A stretch of DNA of 64,000 nt from Oscillospiraceae bacterium. GTDB taxonomy: Bacteria; Bacillota; Clostridia; Oscillospirales; Ruminococcaceae. Below the pieces are notes generated by a model, which did not search any database, was not told the DNA's origin, and saw nothing but the letters and a program-made list of their open reading frames with translations. The position numbers were made by a program, and so were the translations under genes. Below are positions 37,328 through 47,307 of the stretch, in pieces. Each line of letters begins with the position of its first letter. The first letter of the stretch is position 1. The stretch lies in contig JAZSNN010000031.1 of assembly GCA_045536425.1 (NCBI GenBank), positions 60,203 through 124,202 of the forward strand. Direction: 5' to 3'.

Positions 37328-38020
37328 TTATTCTTCACGGGGATCGACGAGCTTTGCAGCGTCATCAACTCTACCGTACTGGCCGCTTGCTTTAACGAGA
37401 GCCTCGTTAGCGTCTGTGCCCTTTTTGATCATGTCCATCATTCTGCCGAGATTAACGAACTTGTAGCCGATAATCTCGTCGTTCTCGTCAACTGCAACGT
37501 GGGTGATATAGCCCTCTGCGAGTTCGAGGTAACGGGGGCCTTTAACCTTTGTAGCGTAGGTTGTACCTACCTGAGAACGAAGTCCTTTACCGAGGTCCTC
37601 AAGACCAGCGCCAACGGGAAGTCCGTCCTCGGAGAAAGCTGTCTGCGTACGTCCGTAGACGATCTGCAAGAACAGTTCTCTCATTGCTGTATTGATAGCA
37701 TCACAAACGAGGTCTGTGTTGAGAGCCTCGAGAATTGTTTTGCCGATGAGAATTTCAGATGCCATTGCTGCAGAATGGGTCATACCCGAGCAGCCGAGTG
37801 TCTCAACGAGTGCTTCCTCGATAACGCCCTCTTTGACGTTGAGCGTGAGCTTACATGCGCCCTGTTGAGGTGCACACCAGCCTACACCGTGAGTAAGACC
37901 GGAAACTTCTTTGATTTCCTTGACCTGTGTCCATCTTCCCTCTTGAGGAATGGGAGCAGGTCCGTGATATGCGCCTTTTGCGAGAGGGCACATCTTCTCT
38001 ACTTCATGCGAATACTTCAT
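37328..38020 (-). CDS. hypothetical Cys-containing protein co-transcribed with the GGGtGRT gene
   Basis: 230 aa; 14-nt gap to the downstream gene on the same strand; motifs CPLAKG, GWCAP and LGCSGMTHSAAMASE suggest metal or cofactor binding. Confidence 0.45.
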   Translation of the reverse strand: MKYSHEVEKMCPLAKGAYHGPAPIPQEGRWTQVKEIKEVSGLTHGVGWCAPQQGACKLTLNVKEGVIEEALVETLGCSGMTHSAAMASEILIGKTILEALNTDLVCDAINTAMRELFLQIVYGRTQTAFSEDGLPVGAGLEDLGKGLRSQVGTTYATKVKGPRYLELAEGYITHVAVDENDEIIGYKFVNLGRMMDMIKKGTDANEALVKASGQYGRVDDAAKLVDPREE

Positions 38021-38238
38021 GATAAGTATTACTCCTTTCGAGCTGTTTTATATTATTGTCCGCGTGCAACTGCGGACAACGCGTCTGCCGTTCACACACA
38101 TAAGACATTATACTATAAATAGTATAAATTATCAAGTGTATTTTTTATCTTTTTCACTTTACTATTTTCCTAATGTATGATAAAATAGTAAAGATTTGAA
38201 TATGTTTATGTATCTGACTATATTTTGAGGGTGCTTTT

Positions 38239-39291
38239 ATGGATAAACTCAGCGTTGGTATTATTTTCGGCAGTAACTCAACCGAATATGAGGTTTCGCT
38301 CGTTTCTGCCTCGTCGGTTATTCGAAACATTGACCGCGAGCGTTTTGACGTCGTTATGATTGGCATTTCCCGCGACGGAAGATGGTTTTCATATTTCGGC
38401 GACGTTGACAGCATTGAAAACGGCAGTTGGATAGATTCTGACAAAAAAGTCCCCGCCTTCATCTCCCCCGACAGCACAAAGAAATGTTTGTTTGAGGTGA
38501 GAAACGGTGAGATAAATGAAGTGAAGCTCGACGTGGTTTTCCCCGTACTGCACGGCAAAAACGGTGAGGACGGAACGGTGCAAGGGCTTTTGGAGCTCGC
38601 TGAAATTCCATACGTTGGCTGTGGTGTTCTTGCGAGTGCGGTTTGTATGGACAAGGAGCTCACCCACATTGTTTTGACACATCACGGCATTCCCAACGCA
38701 AATTGGAAGTGCTTTAGAAAAGAGAATATTGCAGAATTCGAAGAGTTTGCAGATGATGCAGAAAAAACTCTCGGTTATCCGATGTTTGTAAAACCCGCGA
38801 ACGCAGGTTCATCGGTTGGCATCTCAAAGGCTAAAACTCGCGAGGAGTTGAAAGCTGCGGTCGAACTCGCTTTCACAGTTGACGAAAAGGCAGTTCTTGA
38901 GGAGTTTATCAGCGGTGTTGAAGTCGAGTGTGCCGTTATGGGAAATCTAAAGCCTACGCCTTCGGTTTTGGGCGAGATTGTTCCCTGCAACGAGTTTTAC
39001 GACTACGAAGCAAAGTATCAGGCGGATTCCGAAACACACATCCCCGCTCGTCTGACTCCCGATATGACAAAGCTCGTTCAGGAAACAGCAGTAAAGGCGT
39101 ATTTGGCTCTCGGTTGCAGAGGATTGACAAGAGTGGATTTCTTTGTTAAGGATGACGGCGGTATCGTATTAAACGAGCCAAACACCCTGCCCGGATTCAC
39201 CTCAATCAGTATGTATCCAAAGCTCAGACAGGCTGACGGTACTTCGTATAAAGAGATAATCACACAGCTTATTGAATTTGCACTTGAATAA
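38239..39291 (+). CDS. ddl: D-alanine--D-alanine ligase
   Basis: 350 aa, ATP-grasp, typical Ddl N-terminus (VGIIFGSNSTEYEVSLVSA) and C-terminal motifs. Confidence 0.9.
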   Translation: MDKLSVGIIFGSNSTEYEVSLVSASSVIRNIDRERFDVVMIGISRDGRWFSYFGDVDSIENGSWIDSDKKVPAFISPDSTKKCLFEVRNGEINEVKLDVVFPVLHGKNGEDGTVQGLLELAEIPYVGCGVLASAVCMDKELTHIVLTHHGIPNANWKCFRKENIAEFEEFADDAEKTLGYPMFVKPANAGSSVGISKAKTREELKAAVELAFTVDEKAVLEEFISGVEVECAVMGNLKPTPSVLGEIVPCNEFYDYEAKYQADSETHIPARLTPDMTKLVQETAVKAYLALGCRGLTRVDFFVKDDGGIVLNEPNTLPGFTSISMYPKLRQADGTSYKEIITQLIEFALE

Positions 39292-39315
39292 TTTTTATAA
39301 GGGGGACCCGCGAAG

Positions 39316-40131
39316 ATGGATAACCGTCCTATCGGCGTTTTCGATTCAGGTCTTGGAGGACTTTCGGTTGTAAAAGAGCTGAGAAAGATTCTCCCAAACG
39401 AAAATATTGTTTATTTCGGTGACACGGGCAGAGTGCCCTATGGCACAAGAGGAAAGGACACCATTCTACGTTATGCGTCGCAGGACATTGCCTTTCTGAA
39501 AAGTTACGACGTCAAGATGGTGGTTGCCGCTTGTGGTACAGTTAGCTCGACTATCACCGACGATATGATAAAAAGCATCGGTGTTCCCTACACGGGGGTT
39601 GTTATTCCTGCCGCACAGAGCGCGTGTGCTATGAGCGCGACGGGAAGAATCGGTGTTATCGGAACTACCGCTACCATTCGCAGTATGGCTTTTGGCAGGG
39701 CAATTCGCAGTATTCGTCCGAACGCAGTAGTTATCGGCAAAGCGTGTCCGTTGTTTGTTCCGCTCGTTGAAAATGGGCTAATCGAAAATGACAACGAAAT
39801 AACAAAGCTCACCGCAAATATGTATCTTGACAGCATAAAGAAGGAAAACGTTGACACACTCATTCTCGGGTGCACACATTTTCCGATAATATATGACATA
39901 ATCTCCGAGGTTATGGACTACTCGGTGGTTATGGTAGACCCCGGCAAAGCGACCGCGGAACACGTTAAAAAGTATCTCATTCAAAACGGTATGCTCGCAG
40001 ACAGCGAAAAGAAGGGCGAAGAACGTTTCTTTGTCAGCGACTCGGTCGAGGATTTCTCGAAAACCGCTTCAATCTTTTTGGGATACAGCGTTAGCGGAGA
40101 GGTCGAGAGCGTGGACATAGAAAGGTTTTAG
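39316..40131 (+). CDS. murI: glutamate racemase
   Basis: 271 aa, IGVFDSGLGGLSV and second catalytic Cys region (LGCTHFP). Confidence 0.9.
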   Translation: MDNRPIGVFDSGLGGLSVVKELRKILPNENIVYFGDTGRVPYGTRGKDTILRYASQDIAFLKSYDVKMVVAACGTVSSTITDDMIKSIGVPYTGVVIPAAQSACAMSATGRIGVIGTTATIRSMAFGRAIRSIRPNAVVIGKACPLFVPLVENGLIENDNEITKLTANMYLDSIKKENVDTLILGCTHFPIIYDIISEVMDYSVVMVDPGKATAEHVKKYLIQNGMLADSEKKGEERFFVSDSVEDFSKTASIFLGYSVSGEVESVDIERF

Positions 40132-40133
40132 AA

Positions 40134-40556
40134 ATGAAGAAAAAGGCAACCATCTACATTTTGGGTACCCAGTATGTAGATGATGACAAGGATTTTATCG
40201 AGCTCACCACCGAGGGTGAGTTTCAAAAAAAAGGCGGCAGCTTCTTTCTCACCTACAGTGAGGACGAGCTTTCGGGCGTTAAGGGCTCGAAAACAACTAT
40301 AAAAATCGACGGAGACAAAAAGGCTGTTATAATGAAAAACGGCAATTCGCACTCCACACTCATCATTGAGCCCGAAAAAAGAAATCTCTGCCGATATGAA
40401 ACCGAATATGGCGACATTCTGTTTGGAATAAGCGACTGTGACATCTTCTGTCAGCTTGACGACAACGGCGGAGAGGCAAAGCTTAGATACAGTCTTGACG
40501 TGAATTCGGGACTAGTGAGCAAAAACGAACTTGATATAAAGGTTAGGTTGAACTAA
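40134..40556 (+). CDS. DUF1934 (YwiB-like) beta-barrel protein
   Basis: 140 aa; conserved position immediately upstream of argS as in Bacillus ywiB-argS. Confidence 0.55.
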   Translation: MKKKATIYILGTQYVDDDKDFIELTTEGEFQKKGGSFFLTYSEDELSGVKGSKTTIKIDGDKKAVIMKNGNSHSTLIIEPEKRNLCRYETEYGDILFGISDCDIFCQLDDNGGEAKLRYSLDVNSGLVSKNELDIKVRLN

Positions 40557-40573
40557 CGAAAGGACGTACTACA

Positions 40574-42253
40574 ATGTTTTTAAAGGCAAAAGCACAGGTT
40601 AGCGACTGTCTTACAGCCGCACTAAAAAAAGCAATGGCAGAGGGTAGACTTCCCGAGGCTGAAATTCCCGATTTTGCAGTTGAGGTTCCTGCCGACAGCA
40701 CACACGGAGATTTTGCATCTAACATCGCGATGGTTTCTGCACGCACATTCCGCAAGAGCCCAAAGATGATTGCAGACGCTATTCTCGAGGGATTGTCACT
40801 CGAGGGTACCTGTCTTTCTCGCTGTGAGGTTGCAGGAGCAGGATTTATCAACTTCTTCCTCGCTGATAGTTGGTATGGCGACAGTGTGAAGGCTGTTCTC
40901 GATCAAAAAGAAAATTTTGGCCGTTCCGATTTTGGAAAAGGCAAAAGATATATTGTTGAATACGTTTCCGCTAACCCAACAGGCCCTATGCACATCGGTA
41001 ACGCCCGTGGCGGTGCTATCGGTGACGGACTCGCGTCTGTTCTCGATTGGGCAGGCTTTGAGGTTTGCAGAGAGTTCTACATAAACGATGCGGGAAACCA
41101 GATTGCAAAGTTTGCGCTTTCTCTCGATCTCAGATATCAGCAGTTGTATGTTGAGGGTGTTGAGATGCCCGAGGACTCCTATCACGGAGAGGATATTGTA
41201 AACCACGCGAAAGCTTTCTCGGAAATTCACGGCGACAAATATATGACCGTCTCCGAGGAAGAGAGAAGAAACGCACTCGTTGAGTTCGCACTTCCGAAGA
41301 ATATCGAGGGTCTTGAAAGAGATCTCAAGAAATATCGTATCGTTTACGACAACTGGTTCAAGGAATCTACCCTTCACAACAACGGCGAGGCAAAAAAAGT
41401 CGTTGATATGCTCACCGAGCGCGGATACACCTACGAGCAGGACGGCGCTATTTGGTTCAAGGCTGAGCAGTTTGGTGCGGACAAGGATTTCGTTCTCCGT
41501 CGTTCCAACGGATTTTTCACCTACGTTGTTCCCGACATCGCTTACCACTACAACAAGCTCGTTACAAGAAATTTTGACATTGCTATAGATGTTCTCGGCG
41601 CTGACCATCACGGATACGTTCCGAGACTCAAAGCCGCTTTGCAGGCGCTCGGCATTGACCCCGAGAGGCTAAACGTCGTTTTGATGCAGATGGTGCGCCT
41701 CGTTCGCGGCGGAGAAACAGTAAAGCTCTCCAAGCGTTCCGGAAAGGCTATCACGCTTGTAACGCTTCTCGACGATATCCCGATTGATGCGGCTCGTTTC
41801 TACTTCAACCTCAGAGAAGCAAATTCGCAGTTTGACTTTGACCTCGACCTTGCGGTAGAGCAGTCCTCTCAAAACCCTGTTTATTACGTTCAGTATGCCC
41901 ACGCGCGTATCTGCAGTATACTCAAAAACCTCAAAGCAGAGGGCATCAATACCGAGCCTTGTGCTGACAACGCAGGCGAGCTTCTCGTTTGTGATGAGGA
42001 GAAACAGCTCATTCGTCATCTTTCCTTTATGCCCGTACAGATTATCGAGGCGGCAAAGGACTATGACCCCTCGAAGATGACAAGATATGCAACCGAGCTT
42101 GCGACCTTGTTCCACAAGTTCTACAATGCGTGTCGCGTTAAGTGCGACGACGAAAAGCTGATGCAGGCGCGTTTGGCACTCTGTGTTGCAGTTAAAACTG
42201 CTATACAGAACGTCCTCACCCTTCTCAAGATTGACGCACCCGAAGTTATGTAA
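40574..42253 (+). CDS. argS: arginine--tRNA ligase
   Basis: 559 aa, class I HIGN motif (PTGPMHIGNARGG), KMSKS-like region (VKLSKRSGKA) and DALR anticodon-binding domain. Confidence 0.9.
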   Translation: MFLKAKAQVSDCLTAALKKAMAEGRLPEAEIPDFAVEVPADSTHGDFASNIAMVSARTFRKSPKMIADAILEGLSLEGTCLSRCEVAGAGFINFFLADSWYGDSVKAVLDQKENFGRSDFGKGKRYIVEYVSANPTGPMHIGNARGGAIGDGLASVLDWAGFEVCREFYINDAGNQIAKFALSLDLRYQQLYVEGVEMPEDSYHGEDIVNHAKAFSEIHGDKYMTVSEEERRNALVEFALPKNIEGLERDLKKYRIVYDNWFKESTLHNNGEAKKVVDMLTERGYTYEQDGAIWFKAEQFGADKDFVLRRSNGFFTYVVPDIAYHYNKLVTRNFDIAIDVLGADHHGYVPRLKAALQALGIDPERLNVVLMQMVRLVRGGETVKLSKRSGKAITLVTLLDDIPIDAARFYFNLREANSQFDFDLDLAVEQSSQNPVYYVQYAHARICSILKNLKAEGINTEPCADNAGELLVCDEEKQLIRHLSFMPVQIIEAAKDYDPSKMTRYATELATLFHKFYNACRVKCDDEKLMQARLALCVAVKTAIQNVLTLLKIDAPEVM

Positions 42254-42265
42254 GCGGAGTGATTT

Positions 42266-42974
42266 TGTGAGCGAATTTCGTTTCGAGCCGTTGGGCGAAA
42301 AGCTGAATATCTGTGTTTCAAACGAGCATTCCTTTGGTACCGATGCGTTTTTGCTGTCAGCCTTTGCTTCGCCCAAAAAGAGCGACGTTGTGTATGACCT
42401 CGGCACCGGATGCGGTATCATTCCTGTGCTTTGGTATCGCACTACACCGCCCAAAAAGGTCTTTGCAGTAGATGTTCAGCCACAAGCGATTGAACAGCTT
42501 GAGATCACCGTTAAGGAAAATGCCCTTGAGGGATTTTCCCCTATTTGTGCGGATTTAAAGGAGCTAAAACCCGTTGAACTTGCTGACGTTGTCACCTGCA
42601 ACCCTCCCTACAAGGCGACGGGTACTGGAATTGTCAGCGAACTTACGGCAGAGCAGATAGCGCGTCACGAGGTGCTTTGTAACATCTACGACGTGACCGA
42701 TGCGGCGGCAAGGCTACTAAAATTTGGCGGAAGGCTCTGCATCTGTCAGCGACCTGAAAGGCTCTGCGATGTCATTTCGGCTATGAAGAAAAGTGGCATC
42801 GAGCCAAAACGTCTGAGATTTGTTCAAAAAAACTCTGATTCTGCACCTTGGTTATTTTTAATCGAGGGCAAAAAAGGCTCTAAACCGTTTTTGACGGTGG
42901 AAAAGCCGTTTCTCATAAACGAGGGCAGCGAACCCTCTGAGGAAACAAAGAAATTGTATCGTCCGGAGGGATGA
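42266..42974 (+). CDS. SAM-dependent methyltransferase with NPPY motif (tRNA m6A37 TrmN6/YfiC-like)
   Basis: A GTG start with GGAG RBS is chosen, because the track's longer ATG start overlaps argS. Motifs are VYDLGTGCGIIP and TCNPPYK. Confidence 0.6.
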
Positions 42975-43810
42975 AGATGAGCGGAAAGCTTTTTGTGGTG
43001 GGAACTCCCATTGGAAATCTCGGGGATTTTTCGCCCAGAGCTATTCAAACTCTGCAGGATGTCGATCTTATTGCATCCGAGGACACGAGAGTCACGCTAA
43101 AGCTTTTAAACTATTTTGAAATAAAAAACACACTTGTCAGCTATCACGACCACAACATTCGCGAAAAAGGCGAAGCCATTGTCCGCGAAATTCAAAGCGG
43201 GAAAAACGTCGCTATCGTCACCGACGCGGGTATGCCGTGTATCTCCGACCCCGGAGAAGATTTGGTGAGATTGTGCGCTGAAAACGGGATAGTCGTCGAG
43301 GTTGTCCCCGGTCCGAGTGCTGTTATCTCCGCTCTCGCAGTTTCGGGTCTTATTACCTCTCGTTTCTCATTTGAGGGATTTTTGTCCACTTCGAGAAAGA
43401 GCAGAACCGAGCATCTCGAATCACTTGTAGACTACCCTAACACCCTCATTTTCTATGAAGCACCGCACAAGCTGGTGGCAACGCTAAAGGATTTTCTTGA
43501 ATATTTCGGCGACAGAAAAATTTCCCTTGCACGAGAACTCACAAAGATTCACGAAGAGGTTTTTCGCACAACAGTTTCCGAGGCTCTTGAATTCTACGAG
43601 CATCACACGCCGAAAGGCGAGTTTGTTTTGGTGCTAGAGGGTGCTCCAAAAGAAGAGCCCGAGGACGTTTTGTCCTTTGAGGATGCGGTAAAGCTCGTAA
43701 ACCGTATGGTCGAAAACGGAAAACCGTTGTCACAGGCGGCAAAAGAGGTCGCGCAGGCTACGGGGTACAAGAAAAACGAGCTGTACCAGAGCATAGTTAA
43801 AAACGATTGA
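42971..43810 (+). CDS. rsmI: 16S rRNA (cytidine1402-2'-O)-methyltransferase
   Basis: 279 aa, LFVVGTPIGNLGDFSPRA tetrapyrrole-methylase-fold N-terminus. Confidence 0.85.
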   Translation: MKMSGKLFVVGTPIGNLGDFSPRAIQTLQDVDLIASEDTRVTLKLLNYFEIKNTLVSYHDHNIREKGEAIVREIQSGKNVAIVTDAGMPCISDPGEDLVRLCAENGIVVEVVPGPSAVISALAVSGLITSRFSFEGFLSTSRKSRTEHLESLVDYPNTLIFYEAPHKLVATLKDFLEYFGDRKISLARELTKIHEEVFRTTVSEALEFYEHHTPKGEFVLVLEGAPKEEPEDVLSFEDAVKLVNRMVENGKPLSQAAKEVAQATGYKKNELYQSIVKND

Positions 43811-43851
43811 CATACAATAAACTAAAGAGTATAATTTCATTACAATTTAAA

Positions 43852-43884
43852 ATAGTTCCGCATTTAGCGGAACTATTATTTTTA
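43852..43884 (+). terminator. intrinsic terminator after rsmI
   Basis: ATAGTTCCGC-attta-GCGGAACTAT followed by TATTTTT. Confidence 0.6.
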
Positions 43885-43954
43885 CCTAGGAGGTGAAACC
43901 GGATGGACGCGGATAGTTTCGGGCGATTATGTTTTTTAGTAGGAGGAAGCTATT

Positions 43955-45310
43955 ATGACACAAGAAATTTTGTTGGAACTACTGGGGAAAAAGGAATTTG
44001 TTACCATAAAAACCGTTATGGGCGTTATGAATCCGGTGGACCTCGCACATCTGCTTCGTGACCTTTCCGAAAACGACCTTGCGGTTACCTTTCGGCTTAT
44101 CGCAAAGGAAAAGGCGGCAGAAGCATTTTCCTATATGGAATCAGACGAGCAGGAAGCCCTGCTCAACATCTTTACAAACGCGGAGATAAAAACAATTCTA
44201 GAGGAAATGTACACCGATGACGTGGCAGACCTTCTCGAAGATATGCCCGCAAACGTTGTAAACAGAATACTCGACAACCTCGACCGTGACACACGCGCGG
44301 TCATCAACACCATCCTGCGTTATCCCGAGGACAGCGCAGGAACCATTATGACCACCGAGTATATCGACCTGCGAACAGGTATGACGGTTAAGGACGCTAT
44401 TGCAAAAATCAGAAAAATCGGCATACACAGCGAAACCATCTACACCTGCTATGTGACCCAAAGCGGAAAACTGATTGGTGTTGTGAGCGTGAAAGACCTC
44501 TTGACAAGTGCTGACAGCTGTACTGTCGGTGAGCTGATGGAGACCAACGTTATCACCGTCAGCACCCACGACGACAAGGAAAAGGTTGCCGAGCTTTTTA
44601 ACAAGTACGGTCTCCCCGCTCTTCCTGTCGTGGACTCAGAGTACTGTATCGTCGGTATTGTAACATTCGACGATGCGTTTGAAGTCCTCACAGACGAAGC
44701 CACTGAAGACATTTCAAAGATTTCGGCGGTCACGCCAAACGACACGCCATATCTGAAAACGGGAGTGTTTTCGCTCTTCAAATCCCGTATCCCGTGGCTA
44801 TTGATACTTATGATTTCTTCCACCTTCACAGGTTGGATAATAAGCTATTTCGAAGATTCGCTTGCGGCATCTATTGCGCTGACCGCTTTCATACCGATGC
44901 TGATGGGCACGGGCGGTAACAGCGGTTCACAGTCGTCCGTAACGATAATCCGCGCGTTGTCTTTGGGTCAGGTGGATTTCAAGGACACGCTTGGAGTCAT
45001 CTTCAAGGAGCTCAGAGTCGCATTTTTATGCGGTATCACCCTCGCCGTAGCAAATTTTATAAAGATTTGGCTTGTGGACATTCTGCTTTTACAAACCGAA
45101 GGCCTCACGCTCCTCATTTCAGCGGTAGTTTGCATTACACTTGCTGTAACGGTGGTTTTTGCAAAGTTCATCGGCTGTACCCTACCGATACTTGCAAAGA
45201 AGCTCAGACTTGACCCTGCGGTAATGGCAAGTCCCTTTATCACAACCTTGGTCGACGCACTTTCGCTTTTGGTCTACTTCAAGGTTGCTGCAGTAATGCT
45301 TGGAATATAA
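43955..45310 (+). CDS. mgtE: magnesium transporter MgtE
   Basis: 451 aa with MgtE N domain, two CBS domains and C-terminal 5-TM channel domain. Confidence 0.9.
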   Translation: MTQEILLELLGKKEFVTIKTVMGVMNPVDLAHLLRDLSENDLAVTFRLIAKEKAAEAFSYMESDEQEALLNIFTNAEIKTILEEMYTDDVADLLEDMPANVVNRILDNLDRDTRAVINTILRYPEDSAGTIMTTEYIDLRTGMTVKDAIAKIRKIGIHSETIYTCYVTQSGKLIGVVSVKDLLTSADSCTVGELMETNVITVSTHDDKEKVAELFNKYGLPALPVVDSEYCIVGIVTFDDAFEVLTDEATEDISKISAVTPNDTPYLKTGVFSLFKSRIPWLLILMISSTFTGWIISYFEDSLAASIALTAFIPMLMGTGGNSGSQSSVTIIRALSLGQVDFKDTLGVIFKELRVAFLCGITLAVANFIKIWLVDILLLQTEGLTLLISAVVCITLAVTVVFAKFIGCTLPILAKKLRLDPAVMASPFITTLVDALSLLVYFKVAAVMLGI

Positions 45311-45346
45311 AAATTCAAGGCAGACACATTTGTGTCTGCCTTTTTG

Positions 45347-46615
45347 TTATTCTTCCTCGGGTTCGGGAGTTTCGACCTTGACCCTTATCTTTTCGACGCG
45401 TTTTTCGCCGACCTCTTCGATGGTTACGGTGAGGGGATCAAATTCAAAGGATTCGCCTTGTTCGGGAATCTTTTTCATCTCCTCGAGCACCCATCCGCCG
45501 ACGGTGTTGCTCTCGGGCTCGAAGTCCTTGATTTCAATTTCAAGTTCCTCGAGCATATCAAAGATATTGAGGTCTGCGTCTACTATATATTCATTTTCAG
45601 CGACCTTTACGACAGTTTCGACAACCTCGTCCTTTTCGTCCCAGATCTCACCGACAAGTTCCTCGACTATATCCTCTAAGGTTACGATACCTACCGTGCC
45701 ACCATAGGAATCGGTGACAACCGCCATATGTATCTTGGACATCTGCAGTTCGCGCATCAGCGAGGATATCAGCTGTTTTTCGGGAACGAAGATAGTTTTT
45801 CTTGTGAGGCTTCGTATATCTACCTCGTTGCCGTTTATCAGTTCGCGGAAGAAGTCTCTCTCCCACAGAACACCGATAATACTGTCAACGGTTTTTTCAT
45901 ATATCGGGATTCGGGAATAGCGATGCTCCATAAACAGCGCCTTTATCTCCTCGACGCTATCGTTTACATCCGCGGCTACGAGGTCAACTCTTGGGGTGAG
46001 TATCTCGTCAACGGTGATTTCCTGAAACTCGAGTGCAGATTGCAAAAGCTCGCTTTCGCTCTCCTGCAGAACGCCTTCGTCCTCGATTTCCTCAATTATA
46101 AACTTGAGTTCTTCCTGTGTGACGCTCGGGGTATCTTCTTCGCCCTTTTTGCTCTTAACAAGCGATTGGAGCTTGGTAAAAATCCACACAAGCGGTGTGA
46201 GCACAACCATTACTACATTCAAAGGTGCGGCAAAGCTCATCGTTACCTTTTCGCTGTTTTCTTTTGCATAGGATTTGGGAAGTATCTCTCCGAAGATGAG
46301 CACTACTATCGTCATCACAACTGTTGATACCGCAGCACCTGCCGCACCAAACATCTTTGTGAATATTACGGTACCGATGGAAGCCGACGCTATATTGACG
46401 ATGTTATTTCCTATGAGGATTGCAGACAGCATTCTGTCAAAATCCTCTGCTATCTTCAGCGCTCTTTCTGCCTTGCGGTTTCCGTCAGAAGCATAGTTTT
46501 TCAAGCGTATCTTATTAACACTCGAAAATGCAGTCTCCGATGCGGAGAAAAACGCTGACAATGCTGTCAGCACCACAAGAAGTATATACTGTCCTAAATT
46601 CGCGGGGTCGTCCAA
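45347..46615 (-). CDS. CNNM/CorC-HlyC family protein (DUF21 TM domain + CBS pair + CorC_HlyC)
   Basis: 422-aa ORF with a DUF21-type TM N-terminus and a C-terminal CBS/CorC_HlyC region, the architecture of hemolysin-family (TlyC/CorC) proteins. Confidence 0.8.
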   Translation of the reverse strand: MDDPANLGQYILLVVLTALSAFFSASETAFSSVNKIRLKNYASDGNRKAERALKIAEDFDRMLSAILIGNNIVNIASASIGTVIFTKMFGAAGAAVSTVVMTIVVLIFGEILPKSYAKENSEKVTMSFAAPLNVVMVVLTPLVWIFTKLQSLVKSKKGEEDTPSVTQEELKFIIEEIEDEGVLQESESELLQSALEFQEITVDEILTPRVDLVAADVNDSVEEIKALFMEHRYSRIPIYEKTVDSIIGVLWERDFFRELINGNEVDIRSLTRKTIFVPEKQLISSLMRELQMSKIHMAVVTDSYGGTVGIVTLEDIVEELVGEIWDEKDEVVETVVKVAENEYIVDADLNIFDMLEELEIEIKDFEPESNTVGGWVLEEMKKIPEQGESFEFDPLTVTIEEVGEKRVEKIRVKVETPEPEEE

Positions 46616-46680
46616 AGTATTTCACTCTCCTAAAAATTAATCGTGGGTATTATATCATACTTGTAAAAATATTGCAAGTA

Positions 46681-47307
46681 TCAGGTCTTTGCAAAGGTCA
46701 GCGCTGTGACGCGTCTTGCCCCTGCTTTGTAAAGCATCTTTGCGTTTTCCTTTAGGGTTGCTCCCGTTGTGACTATATCATCGATGAGAAGAACGTTCTT
46801 TCCCTCCACGTCTTTTATCACCTTGAAAGCACCCTTTAGGTTGGTTCTTCTTTCTGCAGCTTTGAGGGATTTCTGCGGTTTGGTTTCGCGAATCTTTATC
46901 AAAACGTCCTTTTCAAACTTTAAATTCAGATGCTTTGAAATTATCCTTGCAAAAACCTCCGACTGATTAAATCTGCGCTTTGCTTTCGCCTTTCTCGTCA
47001 TCGGGACGTATACGACAAGGTCAAAGGGAGTGTTTGAATGCAATCTTTCGGCTTCTTTTACCAGAAGGTGACCCACCTTTTTACAGGTCGTGAGGCTGTG
47101 TTTGAACTTTATACAGCGTATTACTCCCTTTACCGAACCGTCATATTTATAAAGAGAGGTGCAGTCAAAATCGGTAGAATGGAAATCTATATAGTTTTTC
47201 CTTGTTTCAAAATCCTTTATACACTTTTCGCAGACGAGCGTGTTTGGTTTGACAAAGTCAAAACAGCATATACATCTGGGTGGATAGATAAAGTCTAGTA
47301 ATTTCAC
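46681..47307 (-). CDS. comFC: ComF-family protein (phosphoribosyltransferase-type, ComFC-like)
   Basis: 208 aa, N-terminal CxxC...CxxC zinc finger and PRTase motif LLIDDIVTTGATL; overlaps the recD2 stop. Confidence 0.7.
   Translation of the reverse strand: MKLLDFIYPPRCICCFDFVKPNTLVCEKCIKDFETRKNYIDFHSTDFDCTSLYKYDGSVKGVIRCIKFKHSLTTCKKVGHLLVKEAERLHSNTPFDLVVYVPMTRKAKAKRRFNQSEVFARIISKHLNLKFEKDVLIKIRETKPQKSLKAAERRTNLKGAFKVIKDVEGKNVLLIDDIVTTGATLKENAKMLYKAGARRVTALTFAKT

Noticed and set aside
36274-37395. 373-aa Cys/Gly-rich ORF on the plus strand
   Set aside because: Entirely antisense to the well-supported GGGtGRT-family gene (36307..37314, minus). The odd composition is the mirror of that gene's Gly/Ala-rich codons. 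No RBS.
40557-40573. T-box leader upstream of argS
   Set aside because: argS starts 18 nt after the DUF1934 gene and appears co-transcribed with ddl-murI. There is no space for a T-box.
43886-43954. M-box (Mg2+) riboswitch upstream of mgtE
   Set aside because: Only ~70 nt separate the rsmI terminator from the mgtE start, which is too short for an M-box aptamer. None of the expected paired elements is visible.
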